A stretch of 64,000 bases of DNA from an uncultured Candidatus Actinomarina sp. (GTDB lineage Bacteria > Actinomycetota > Acidimicrobiia > Actinomarinales > Actinomarinaceae), in contig CACODT010000001.1 in the NCBI GenBank assembly GCA_902626065.1, forward strand, positions 151,493-215,492, written 5' to 3'. Position numbers and translations under genes: made by a program. Below, piece after piece: positions 29,856 to 39,870 of the stretch. The stretch's first letter is position 1. Every line of letters starts with the position of its first letter. The notes under the pieces were generated by a model. The model was not told the origin of the DNA. It worked only from the letters and a program-made list of their open reading frames with translations, and did not search any database.

Positions 29856-30521
29856 AAGATTCTTAATAGAGACAACAAATCGTTTTGCATTCTCTTGATT
29901 AAATGATGAGAGAGTATTTAATTTTTCAATTTTATAAATCATACCAAGAGAATTTTCTATATCTTTAACATTTAACTTGTCCCTTCTTTTTTGAGCAAGC
30001 TCATATTTATAATCTACTTTTTCAGAGAGTATTTCTGCTACTTTTTTTTCATCAAATTTATAAATTAATAACAATCTTTGAAGCTCTTTGTTGAAGTAAG
30101 ATAAAAACTGTTTAAACACTGTCTCATCATTACAGTATTTGTCAATAGTTTCATTTTTTAATTTTTTTTGTATCGAAAAAATTATATTTACTAAGTCCCA
30201 CGGATAAATCTCTGTACTTTTTTTGTTTTCTGGATAATATGTTTCAATTAATTCAGATACAGCTGAAAAAGTTTTCAAGTTATTTTTTTTAACTTGAAAA
30301 ATATACTTTTCATTGAAATCATAACTCATTTTTTTTAAATCACTATATGTAACAAAACTATCGGATACAAACTGAAAATTATCGCTTTGAAATAAAGTAG
30401 CAGTATTGTTCGCAGAAAATTCTTCTAGTGATATTGACGTAACACTTTCATTAATATCTATTTCAGATTTTATTTGATTGATATCCGTAATTAAGTTTTG
30501 GGTAATAATTAATTTCGTCAC
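29844..30521 (-). CDS. holA: Probable, highly diverged DNA polymerase III delta subunit
   Basis: Canonical holA position (after leuS, convergent on rpsT); weak TLF and PWDLVN similarity; only 225 aa. Confidence 0.5.
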   Translation of the reverse strand: MTKLIITQNLITDINQIKSEIDINESVTSISLEEFSANNTATLFQSDNFQFVSDSFVTYSDLKKMSYDFNEKYIFQVKKNNLKTFSAVSELIETYYPENKKSTEIYPWDLVNIIFSIQKKLKNETIDKYCNDETVFKQFLSYFNKELQRLLLIYKFDEKKVAEILSEKVDYKYELAQKRRDKLNVKDIENSLGMIYKIEKLNTLSSFNQENAKRFVVSIKNLLQF

Positions 30522-32960
30522 TTATTGAACTATGTTAATTAATTTATCTTTGATAAATACTATTTTTTTTGCATTAGAAAAATCAATATCGAAATTAGCT
30601 TTGCAAATTTCTTTAACTTCATCTTCTTCAATTCCTGTTTTAACGTTTATTGCATGTTTCTTTTTTCCATTTATTTGAATCACGAGTTCATAAACAGGAT
30701 TCTCCAGTTTAGTTTCATCAAATGTTGGCCATTTCTCCTGACTTATATCACCATCAAAATAATCTTGGAAAATTTCTGAAGCAATATGTGGTGACATTGG
30801 ATATAAAAGGATTAACACGCTTCGTAAAATTGAATCTTTCAGGTCCCTTGGCATCGTATTATCGTCCTTAAGGTAGTCGCCTAAATCATTATTTAATTTC
30901 ATAAGATCAGATACCGCGGTGTTAAATTCAAATTTCTCAAAATGTTGTGTAACAGATTTAATTGCTTGATTTATCTTTCTTTCAATATCTTCGTCCTTAG
31001 TACTAGCAGTTTCAGAAGAACCTTGTTGGTCAATAATTTTAAGCATATTATCCCAGAACTTGTTCAAGAATCTCTTAGTTCCTTCTATACCACCATCATT
31101 CCACTCAACCCCGTCACTAGGAGGAGCCATAAAAAGAATGTACAGTCTTAAAGCGTCCGCCCCATGAGTTGCAAAATATGATTCTGGATCAACTATATTC
31201 CCCTTTGATTTTGACATCTTTGCACCACCAAAGTTAATCATCCCTTGGGAGAAAAGATTATAAAATGGTTCATCAATTGTCATAAAACCAAGATCTCTTA
31301 AAGCTCTTACAAAAAACCTTGAATAAAGAAGGTGCAGAATAGCATGTTCGACTCCACCAATATATTGATCTACCGGTAACCACTCATTGATAAACTCAGA
31401 TTGAAAAGGTTCTTTATCATTTTTTGGATCTAAAAATCTCATGTAATACCAAGATGAATCTACAAAAGTATCCATGGTGTCTGTTTCACGAAGAGCTTTC
31501 TTAGAACATTTTGGACAATCAGTTTCAACAAAATCTTTGCTCTTGGATAGCGGAGATCCATCTGTATTTATATAATCTTTAATTTCTGGAAGTAATACTG
31601 GTAGATTTTCATATTTTTCTGGTAACAATCCACAGTCTTCACAATTGATTAATGGAATTGGACAACCCCAATATCTCTGTCTACTGATTAACCAATCTCT
31701 CAAACGATATGTTGTTTTTTCATCTCCAATTTTATTTTTTACTAAAAATTCATTTATCTTTTTACTTGCTTCTTCGTGAGAGCTCAAGTCATTGAACTCT
31801 CCAGAATTAATAAGGACTCCATTACCTGTAAAAGCTTCATTATCTACATTTATTGTTTTTTGTTTATCTATAATTACCTGTCTAATTTCAATATCGTATT
31901 TTTTTGCGAATTCATAATCCCTTTCGTCGTGAGCTGGAACCGCCATAATCGCACCTGTTCCATAATTTATGAGGACATAGTCAGCTATCCATAATGGTAC
32001 TTCCTCATTAGTGATTGGATTTGTTACTTTTAAGGTAGTATCTACTCCAGTTTTTTCTTTTGTAATAGACATTCTCTCAAATTCTGACTTATTAACAATT
32101 GAGTCTAAATAATTTTGTATCTCATCTTTAGTCTCTGATTGTTCCATAATGTCACTGATTAATTCATGCTCTGGAGATATTACAGCAAAAGTCATTCCAA
32201 ACAATGTATCAGGTCTTGTTGTAAAAACATCAAAAGTAAGATCTGTTCCAATTATGTTTAATTCAAACTGCGAGCCTTCAGATTTTCCGATCCAATTTCT
32301 TTGCATTGTTTTCACATTTTCTGGCCAATCACCAATCTCATCAAGACCCTGTAATAATTCCTCAGAATATTCAGATATTTTTAGGAACCATTGATTTAAA
32401 TTTTTTGGCTCAACAGCTGTGTCACATCTCTCACAAGAGCCCTCTATAACCTGTTCATTAGCTAGAACTGTTCTGCATGAGTTACACCAATTTACTGGTG
32501 CATCCTCTTTGTAAGCCAAATTGTTTTCAAACATTTTTATAAATAGATATTGAGTCCATTTGTAATAATCAACAGAGTGAGCTGCAACTTCCCTATCCCA
32601 GTCATATAAAGAACCTAATCTAATAATTTGAGATTTCATATTTGCAATTCTTTCTTCGGTAAATTCTCTTGGGTGGATACCAGTTTTGATTGCTGCATTT
32701 TCGGCAGGAAGACCAAATGAATCCCAGCCCATAGGAGACAAAACATTAAAGCCATTCATTTGTTTATACCTAGTGATAACATCACCTATCGTATAATTTC
32801 TTATATGTCCCATATGCAGATCGCCGGAGGGATATGGATACATACAAAGGTTATAAAATTTTGGTTTGTCAGATTTTAACTCACACTTAACAGTTTCACT
32901 GTTTTCCCAGTGATCTTGCCATTTCTTTTCTATTTTTTTATATTCAAATTGATTGTTCAT
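30522..32960 (-). CDS. leuS: Leucine--tRNA ligase
   Basis: [25 protein letters not shown] editing motif, KMSKS. Confidence 0.97.
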   Translation of the reverse strand: MNNQFEYKKIEKKWQDHWENSETVKCELKSDKPKFYNLCMYPYPSGDLHMGHIRNYTIGDVITRYKQMNGFNVLSPMGWDSFGLPAENAAIKTGIHPREFTEERIANMKSQIIRLGSLYDWDREVAAHSVDYYKWTQYLFIKMFENNLAYKEDAPVNWCNSCRTVLANEQVIEGSCERCDTAVEPKNLNQWFLKISEYSEELLQGLDEIGDWPENVKTMQRNWIGKSEGSQFELNIIGTDLTFDVFTTRPDTLFGMTFAVISPEHELISDIMEQSETKDEIQNYLDSIVNKSEFERMSITKEKTGVDTTLKVTNPITNEEVPLWIADYVLINYGTGAIMAVPAHDERDYEFAKKYDIEIRQVIIDKQKTINVDNEAFTGNGVLINSGEFNDLSSHEEASKKINEFLVKNKIGDEKTTYRLRDWLISRQRYWGCPIPLINCEDCGLLPEKYENLPVLLPEIKDYINTDGSPLSKSKDFVETDCPKCSKKALRETDTMDTFVDSSWYYMRFLDPKNDKEPFQSEFINEWLPVDQYIGGVEHAILHLLYSRFFVRALRDLGFMTIDEPFYNLFSQGMINFGGAKMSKSKGNIVDPESYFATHGADALRLYILFMAPPSDGVEWNDGGIEGTKRFLNKFWDNMLKIIDQQGSSETASTKDEDIERKINQAIKSVTQHFEKFEFNTAVSDLMKLNNDLGDYLKDDNTMPRDLKDSILRSVLILLYPMSPHIASEIFQDYFDGDISQEKWPTFDETKLENPVYELVIQINGKKKHAINVKTGIEEDEVKEICKANFDIDFSNAKKIVFIKDKLINIVQ

Positions 32961-34050
32961 ATACTTTTACTAATTCTGGAAATATGTTTTCCTTACTTGA
33001 TTTTTCTAATTTCTTTTCAATATTAAACAATTTTTTTTGTATTAATTCAATATTGTTTTCTAAATCTTGAATAGATGAAACTATTGAATTTGATAACCCA
33101 TCAACATCATCAAACAAATAACCTGAGTTTTCATCTATGTAGTTTGTCATTGGAAGAATATTTCTTGTTACGCAAATCTTTGAAAAACTCATAGCTTCCA
33201 AAAGCACTAAGCCTAAACCTTCTGAAAAAGATGGAAATACAAAAATATCTATATTTTTGAAGAATTCTTCTCTATCTTCAATGTATCCAAGAAAATTTAC
33301 TTTTTCAGTTTTGTCTTGATCTATCATGTTTCTTAATTTTTCTAGATACTCTTTAGTACCACTTCCACCAATCATCAGTTTAAAATCAAGAGATTTGAGC
33401 TGTTCTGAATTGAGTGCATTAATTAAGTCTTCTATTCCTTTATTCACGTTTAGTCTCCCAAGGAATCCAAGTGTTACGATATCTTTTTTTTCAAAAGTTT
33501 CAGAATTTTTAATATCTATCCAATAAGGTATTACTAAAACATTCAATTCATGATTAAGGTTTTCAATCCAACTTTTTACTTCCTCAGAAATTGCGATTAT
33601 TGAAGAAGCAGATTGCCAATGTTTAGAAAGCCTCTTCATAAAGTATTTTCTTAGGTTATTACTTAAACTACCTTTTTCTAGATATGTATCATATTTTCCA
33701 TGAACACTTACAATCCACTTGCTTTTTTTTGGTAAATATTTTTTTATTCTATAAACCATAAAATCGCTACGAGGTTGATGTGAATGGATAATATCAAATT
33801 CTTCATTTCTGAATTTTGTATACATGTAAAAATATGAAAAGAAATTAAACATTCTTGGACCATTAAGTCTTGTTATGTTGACGCCATTTTTAAGTAATTC
33901 ATTTTCGATTGAATATGATTCAACATTATCTTCACCAATAACAGTGACATGGACATCCATCCTGTCATTAAGCTGTGCATTAATTAAGTCCAATAAATGC
34001 GATTCAGCACCTCCCCTGTTTAAAGAATTTATAACATGACAAATTTTCAT
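32944..34050 (-). CDS. GT4 glycosyltransferase
   Basis: [23 protein letters not shown] motifs; overlaps leuS start by 17 nt. Confidence 0.9.
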   Translation of the reverse strand: MKICHVINSLNRGGAESHLLDLINAQLNDRMDVHVTVIGEDNVESYSIENELLKNGVNITRLNGPRMFNFFSYFYMYTKFRNEEFDIIHSHQPRSDFMVYRIKKYLPKKSKWIVSVHGKYDTYLEKGSLSNNLRKYFMKRLSKHWQSASSIIAISEEVKSWIENLNHELNVLVIPYWIDIKNSETFEKKDIVTLGFLGRLNVNKGIEDLINALNSEQLKSLDFKLMIGGSGTKEYLEKLRNMIDQDKTEKVNFLGYIEDREEFFKNIDIFVFPSFSEGLGLVLLEAMSFSKICVTRNILPMTNYIDENSGYLFDDVDGLSNSIVSSIQDLENNIELIQKKLFNIEKKLEKSSKENIFPELVKVYEQSI

Positions 34051-34694
34051 AATCTAGGAGTTATCCATGTAGATTTTGGAGGGAACAATGAATCATTTTC
34101 TATAATCTCAGATATTTTAATGGGGGTAAAGTTTACAATTGATTTATCGTTAGCTTGATTACCATCGACTGCAGAATTTATATATTCGTTAACATAACAA
34201 TAATTTTTAAATTCATAAAGTTGATAAATGTCCTCAATTTTCCTATTGAAAAATTTAACATCATCTAGTGAAACATAAAACTCTGAAGAAACATTGTTTG
34301 AAAAATTATAATTTTCAAGAATTTCCTCGAATTCTTTTTTTGCAATTGTTAAATGTGCTGGGTAAGAAAGAATCTCTACATCATCAATTGAAATAAGAAC
34401 TAATTCAATTGATTTATCAATATTATTTCTTTTCAAGTATTCATATCGATGATGTCCGTCTAGCAGAATTATTTTCTTTCCTTTTAAATCATCCATATGT
34501 CCAATATTTTTAATATTCATATCAATTCCAAATAAAAGTGGGTCAAATGATTCTTCAATGTTTTCAATCGGTGTGTTTATTTCTTCATGAGTCTTTATCT
34601 CGATAAAATCAGTATTAGAAAAATTAATTTCAAGCTTTAAACCTTCAACATCATAGTTTTCAAATTGATAGGCTGTGAAGTTATTATTTTCCAT
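34047..34694 (-). CDS. Compact DUF1015-like / ParB-sulfiredoxin-fold protein
   Basis: HEE, LLDGHHRY and C-terminal FPPKSTWITPR motifs; adjacent to serC. Start re-called to ATG 34694. Confidence 0.65.
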   Translation of the reverse strand: MENNNFTAYQFENYDVEGLKLEINFSNTDFIEIKTHEEINTPIENIEESFDPLLFGIDMNIKNIGHMDDLKGKKIILLDGHHRYEYLKRNNIDKSIELVLISIDDVEILSYPAHLTIAKKEFEEILENYNFSNNVSSEFYVSLDDVKFFNRKIEDIYQLYEFKNYCYVNEYINSAVDGNQANDKSIVNFTPIKISEIIENDSLFPPKSTWITPRL

Positions 34695-35754
34695 TATCCG
34701 TAAAAAATTTGTCCATAAATTCTGATAAGTAATCAATCATTTCATTAGTAATTGAATTGTAAAGACTAATTCTTATACCCCCCTCACTTCTATGTCCATT
34801 CAAACCAAGTATTCCCTTTTCTGTTGCTTCAATAAGAAAATTCTTTTCCAAATCCTCATTTGTAAATTTAAAAATAATATTGGATCTACTTCTTGAATAA
34901 TCACTGACAGGTAATATTAAAAAGTCTTCATAACTTTCTAATTGTTCATATAGTTTTGATGATTGTCTAATCGATTTCTCTTCAAAATATTTTATACCTC
35001 CCATTTCAATCATCCAATCTGTTACGAGCTTGAGGACGTATATCGAAAAAGTTGGCGGTGTGTTCAATAAAGACTTCTTTTCTACTAATTGTCCAAGGTT
35101 GAGGTATCTAGAATTATCCTCAGAACTTAAATACTTTTCATTTCCAATACATATTGAGACACCTGGAATGCCCATATTTTTTTGAGCTCCAGCATAAATA
35201 TAAGCTAGATTATCCCATTCGAAACTATAAGAACCTATATCTGAGGACATGTCAATAAGTAATGAATCATGCTGAATTTTATTGAAATCTCTTAATTGAA
35301 CTCCGTTTATTGTTTCGTTTGATGTTAAATGTAAATAATCAACATCGTCAAGATCCCATGGTGTTTGTACATAATTTTCAATTTCATCTTGGCTTAATTC
35401 AATTATTTTTGAATCTCTAATTTTTGAAAAATCTTCAAATGAGTACCTCCCCCATGTCCCTGTGACTAGGCATCCTAATAATTTATTTTCTTTATCAAAG
35501 TTATTAGCGATAAATGTATTCTGATATGTTGCTCCTCCTTGCAAGAGAAGAGTGAAATAATCAGATGGGATATTAAAAATATTAATCATATTTTCTTGAA
35601 GAGAATTTATTAATATTTCAAAATCTTTTGATCGATGACCTATCTCTAAAATTGACAAACCGGTTTTTTGGTAGTTGCCTACAGCCTCCTGTGACTTACT
35701 AACAATCGAAGGATCTAATCTAGCTGGACCTGGTGAAAAATTATAGATTTGCAT
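34684..35754 (-). CDS. serC: Phosphoserine aminotransferase
   Basis: NFSPGPA, LQGGAT, SNETING, DMSS, YAGAQKN (PLP Lys), NTPP, GHRSEGGIR motifs. Confidence 0.95.
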   Translation of the reverse strand: MQIYNFSPGPARLDPSIVSKSQEAVGNYQKTGLSILEIGHRSKDFEILINSLQENMINIFNIPSDYFTLLLQGGATYQNTFIANNFDKENKLLGCLVTGTWGRYSFEDFSKIRDSKIIELSQDEIENYVQTPWDLDDVDYLHLTSNETINGVQLRDFNKIQHDSLLIDMSSDIGSYSFEWDNLAYIYAGAQKNMGIPGVSICIGNEKYLSSEDNSRYLNLGQLVEKKSLLNTPPTFSIYVLKLVTDWMIEMGGIKYFEEKSIRQSSKLYEQLESYEDFLILPVSDYSRSRSNIIFKFTNEDLEKNFLIEATEKGILGLNGHRSEGGIRISLYNSITNEMIDYLSEFMDKFFTDNGK

Positions 35755-37126
35755 TTATATCATCTTTCATAAAAATCAAATTATATGCAGCACCAATAAT
35801 TAAGCCATAGAATGCGTTGACTTCCTCAACTGGACTAACAAAGAAAAATAAAATAAAACAAGAAAAGAAAAACAACTTCAGTAACTCTTTTTTTTGAACA
35901 ATAATGTTTAGAAATATTAAAAATATTACAAGCGGAAAAATTACTCCGAAAGCTTGGGTATAAAACACAAACAAATTTTGTACATTTAAGTCATATTTAA
36001 GTAGCGAATAATTACCAGTGCCAAAATTTTGAGTACTGTATCTTTGCAGAAGATATTTAGGTAGTGTTCTATTCGTAAAATACATTTCTTCATTAACTCT
36101 TACTGAAGCATAATCTTGATAATCTGAGTTAATATTGATGATGCTTTTAGGTGTGATATCTCTCAATGAATTAATAAAAAAATTGAATACATTTAATCTA
36201 TCATTACCCAAACCAAATTCTGCACTATCTGAATTTACATCAATTTTAATTTCACCAGATGCATTCATTTTTTGAACATCTTCTTCATATTCAATACATT
36301 GCCTACTGTCAGAATTTAAATTACACTCAAAAACTCCAAAATTAGACATAATCAATGAGACAACCAAAAATAGTAAAAGTGATTTATTTATCTCTTTTGT
36401 TTTTAGATAGTTGAATAATATGAACGTTAGAAAAAGTATACAAAATAATCTTAAATAATTACTTCTTGATAAACCTAATGCAAGTCCTGAGATAATGGAT
36501 AACAAATAATTATTACTTTTATATTTGTAAAGATATAACACAACGAGTGGCATTAAATATGATATCAATAAAACTGGTTCTCTAAATGTACCCATTGCTC
36601 TGTGCGGTTCTGATAACCAAAAAGTAGATTGGTCTGAGTCTCCAAAAATATTGGTATTTGACCTATTCCTTATAAATTCGTTTAAGTCATAAATTTGAGC
36701 AATAAAAATATAGATTGTCAAAGCTGACATTACCCCAATTAGATATTTCGAGGAGTTAAGAAAAGAAATTATTTTTTCATTTTTAAAGTAACTTACTGAG
36801 AACAGAAGGACTACAACAAATGAAATTATGTTAAGTAATCGTAAAAAAAGGTACTGTATTTCTCCCTGCGAAACTTCATTAAAGAGAATATATATTATCT
36901 GTGGAATCATCACGACTGCAAGCAATAGTGTAACAATTGCAATATTTTTGGAGTTGTAGAACAGTTTATATTGAATTGAAGCAAACAATAACAATAGAGT
37001 CATACCTAACCATGGAATTGGTATGCCATACAATTCGTAGGCATCTAGAAACACTAATAAGACAGAGCCGATAAGAAACATAATTTTGTAAGTGTCTAGA
37101 CTTGATTTTTTATTTATCTGCATCAT
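35741..37126 (-). CDS. Wzy/O-antigen-ligase-like polytopic membrane protein
   Basis: About 11 TMs, HRAMGTFREP, LSRS, large extracytoplasmic loop; between the flippase and serC. Confidence 0.65.
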   Translation of the reverse strand: MMQINKKSSLDTYKIMFLIGSVLLVFLDAYELYGIPIPWLGMTLLLLFASIQYKLFYNSKNIAIVTLLLAVVMIPQIIYILFNEVSQGEIQYLFLRLLNIISFVVVLLFSVSYFKNEKIISFLNSSKYLIGVMSALTIYIFIAQIYDLNEFIRNRSNTNIFGDSDQSTFWLSEPHRAMGTFREPVLLISYLMPLVVLYLYKYKSNNYLLSIISGLALGLSRSNYLRLFCILFLTFILFNYLKTKEINKSLLLFLVVSLIMSNFGVFECNLNSDSRQCIEYEEDVQKMNASGEIKIDVNSDSAEFGLGNDRLNVFNFFINSLRDITPKSIININSDYQDYASVRVNEEMYFTNRTLPKYLLQRYSTQNFGTGNYSLLKYDLNVQNLFVFYTQAFGVIFPLVIFLIFLNIIVQKKELLKLFFFSCFILFFFVSPVEEVNAFYGLIIGAAYNLIFMKDDINANL

Positions 37127-37150
37127 TCTTATGTTAATGTTGAGATTTAT

Positions 37151-38401
37151 TCAATTTGATTTTATTTTTATCAAATATATGGTGTATTCAAAGATTTTCT
37201 GTAAAACCATTGCAGAGCTTAATGCAATGGCAATTCCAAGTGAGGATAAAGAATCTGATAACAATATTGCTAAAACCAGAAATACAAGTGAGTAAATAAT
37301 TCGTCCATAAGCATGGAACTGGATCAAGTCTGAAAATAATAGATACTGTCTTATCCAAAAACTTAACAAATAAGTTATAAATCCTATTAACAACACCATC
37401 ATTGGCATAAATGAATTAAGAAATTCTTCATTACCAATAAATACAATTAAATTTTTTCCAAAAATGAAATAAATTCCAAATAACAGCAGTGAAGTTGGTA
37501 ACAAAATTTGCTTAAAAAAGGATGCTATTTTGAAATCTTTATCCTCAGATTGTAATTTGTTTTGTAGCCAGGGATTAAATGTAACAACAAGATAATTAAT
37601 TGGCTCTACTAATCTTTTTGCAAATTGATAGATTCCAACAGTCTGAATATCAACTACAACAGCCAATAATATTACATCAAAATGTTGGGGTACAAGTCCA
37701 ATAATTTGGTCATATCTAATTTTTCCATAAGAAGATTTGATGGCTTTTAAATATGTTTTGAAATGCTGAATCTTGAAATTTGACGAATCATGATATTTAT
37801 TTGAAAGATATAAACCAAAAAGTCCAAAAGAAATTCCATATATTGACTGTGCAAGCAAATAATTTTCTATACTTGGATCATTTAAAAGTAACAAAACTAT
37901 TGCAATAAACCTAACCACTACAGTGCTGACTTCGAGTATTGAGTATCTTCTTAAATCATTATTAAAAATTAATATGGATTTACTTGTTTCTGAAAAAGTC
38001 TGAATAATTCTTGTAATTAAATAAATTATTAAAATACTTGATAACGTTTCGATACCAAAGTAATCACCTATAGAAGAATTAATAATCAATGGATTTGTAA
38101 AAATTATAAGGCAAAAGATAAAACTACCAATACCAGTTATTAAATTGAAAAAAATAGATTCAAAATAAAAGTTTTTTCCATCCTTGAGAGTTAGAAGATT
38201 TACATCACTATTTCTTGCATGTGAAGCCCGAAAGATAAGACTTGGTACAGCAATTAAAAGAACTACAGCACCATACTTTGCGGGTCCAAGTTGTTTTACA
38301 ACAAACGAAACTTGAATAATTGAGATAATTGCAATTGCAGATTGTGAACCAATCAAATCTTTTGTTTGATTAAATATTTCTCTTATATATTTTAAGTTCA
38401 T
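37151..38401 (-). CDS. Wzx-type polysaccharide flippase (MOP/MATE-like)
   Basis: LGPAKYG and VGIYQFAKRL motifs; about 12 TMs. Start re-called to ATG 38401 because the upstream ORF extension lies inside tRNA-Ala. Confidence 0.8.
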   Translation of the reverse strand: MNLKYIREIFNQTKDLIGSQSAIAIISIIQVSFVVKQLGPAKYGAVVLLIAVPSLIFRASHARNSDVNLLTLKDGKNFYFESIFFNLITGIGSFIFCLIIFTNPLIINSSIGDYFGIETLSSILIIYLITRIIQTFSETSKSILIFNNDLRRYSILEVSTVVVRFIAIVLLLLNDPSIENYLLAQSIYGISFGLFGLYLSNKYHDSSNFKIQHFKTYLKAIKSSYGKIRYDQIIGLVPQHFDVILLAVVVDIQTVGIYQFAKRLVEPINYLVVTFNPWLQNKLQSEDKDFKIASFFKQILLPTSLLLFGIYFIFGKNLIVFIGNEEFLNSFMPMMVLLIGFITYLLSFWIRQYLLFSDLIQFHAYGRIIYSLVFLVLAILLSDSLSSLGIAIALSSAMVLQKIFEYTIYLIKIKSN

Positions 38402-38410
38402 ATTTGTTTG

Positions 38411-38483
38411 TGGAGCTGAGGGGATTTGAACCCCTGACCCCGTGCATGCCATGCACGTGCTCTGCCAACTGAGCTACAGCCCC
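38411..38483 (-). tRNA. tRNA-Ala(GGC)
   Basis: GGGGCTGTAGCTCAG...CGTGC-ATGGCAT-GCACG...GGTTCAAATCC...CAGCTCCA with the G3:U70 pair. Confidence 0.95.
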
Positions 38484-38496
38484 AATACAATTAAGG

Positions 38497-38853
38497 TTAA
38501 CCGTATTGAAGCATTAGATTACTATCAAAAAATAAATCCTCTAGATTGTAATATTCTCTCGCCTCTTCTGTAAAAAAGTGTATGCCAACACCTTCAAATT
38601 CAACTAATGCCCAAGAGGAATCAATACCCTCAGAGAAAAAGTTTTTATTTCTTGATTTAACAAGATTTTTTAATTTTTTTACTGATGAAACCATTTGTGT
38701 ATTGGATGTAACATTGCACATGATTACTACGTCAAAAAAACTATTTTTTTCTACCTTGAAAGCTTTGATGTTTGTACATTTTTGGATAAGCAAAATATCT
38801 ATGACACTATCAAAGAAAAAATTATCTGTAAATTCTGTTTTTCTTTCAGTCAC
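38497..38853 (-). CDS. rsfS: Ribosome silencing factor (diverged)
   Basis: EG...WALVEF...IHFF...REYYNLEDL; canonical position between nadD and tRNA-Ala. Confidence 0.85.
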   Translation of the reverse strand: MTERKTEFTDNFFFDSVIDILLIQKCTNIKAFKVEKNSFFDVVIMCNVTSNTQMVSSVKKLKNLVKSRNKNFFSEGIDSSWALVEFEGVGIHFFTEEAREYYNLEDLFFDSNLMLQYG

Positions 38854-38911
38854 TTATAAATATGTTACCATGTAAAAAATAAAGACACTATTCTTAAGAT
38901 TGAGGAGAGAG

Positions 38912-39310
38912 TTGACAAGAATTAAAAACCTTATTGGCTTACTAGAGACACTTTTTAACAGCAGGAGATTAAGAACTATACTTGCTGCTTTAATATTTTT
39001 TATTTTTCTATTTGGATATCTTTTTTATATATCAGAACCTGAAGTAAGAAACTTAGGTGATGGTATATGGTGGGCTCTTGTAACAATCACCACTGTTGGC
39101 TATGGAGATATTACACCATTAACAACAGTTGGAAGAGTTGTCGCTAGTTCTCTAATGTTTCTTGGCTTAGGATTGATTGCTACAATCACAGCTATTGTTT
39201 CAGCTAAATTTATTCAAAACTTTGTGGATCATCATACAAATGATGATGTTTTGGAAAAACTTGATGAAATGCAACTTGAGTTAGATGAAATAAAGAAAAA
39301 ACTTCAATAA
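38912..39310 (+). CDS. Minimal 2-TM potassium channel (KcsA/Ion_trans_2 type)
   Basis: WWALVTITTVGYGD selectivity filter and C-terminal coiled coil; TTG 38912 follows a GAGGAG SD. Confidence 0.9.
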   Translation: MTRIKNLIGLLETLFNSRRLRTILAALIFFIFLFGYLFYISEPEVRNLGDGIWWALVTITTVGYGDITPLTTVGRVVASSLMFLGLGLIATITAIVSAKFIQNFVDHHTNDDVLEKLDEMQLELDEIKKKLQ

Positions 39311-39870
39311 AGATTGTTATCTTTTATATAATTTAAAACTTCTTTAGATAGATCTTTATCATTTATTTCATTTCTCTTTAATTTACTTCTTATATTGCTT
39401 GAACTTAAATCAACTTTCTCACCATCAATAAGAGAATATTCAAATGGAAAATACTCTTTTAAAGTCTCATTATTGTCTTCTCTTCTAAGTGCAATTAAAA
39501 AATTGGTAAGTTCAGATAATTTATTATGATTTTTCCACGTTTTTATATTCATTGCAGTGTCAGAACCTAAGATAAAATACAATTCTTTCTTTGGGTGGTC
39601 AAATCGAAGTAAAGTTTCGTATGTATAGGAGGGATTTTCTTCAGATTTTTCGATATCACTAATTTCAAAATACTCAGATTCATTAATTAAAATTTTTGTC
39701 ATCTCAAACCTATGAAGAAATGATGTAGAATCTTTTTTCTGCCAAGGATTGCCTGAAGGAATAAAAACTACCTTGTTCAGACCAAATTGAGAAATTGATC
39801 TCCTAGCTATCTCTAAATGTGCTTCATGAGGAGGATCAAAAGTTCCCCCCAATATACCAATCTTATTCAT
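39304..39870 (-). CDS. nadD: Nicotinate-nucleotide adenylyltransferase
   Basis: GGTFDPPHEAH, FILGSD, SSSNIR motifs. Confidence 0.95.
   Translation of the reverse strand: MNKIGILGGTFDPPHEAHLEIARRSISQFGLNKVVFIPSGNPWQKKDSTSFLHRFEMTKILINESEYFEISDIEKSEENPSYTYETLLRFDHPKKELYFILGSDTAMNIKTWKNHNKLSELTNFLIALRREDNNETLKEYFPFEYSLIDGEKVDLSSSNIRSKLKRNEINDKDLSKEVLNYIKDNNLY

Noticed and set aside
34047-34694. ParB partition protein or ParB-type defence nuclease
   Set aside because: No HTH, no parA and no defence context; the C-terminal PPKSTW motif and serC adjacency fit DUF1015 better.
32944-38483. Integrative element or prophage at tRNA-Ala (or tRNA-Ile)
   Set aside because: No integrase, att direct repeat, phage or transposase genes were seen.
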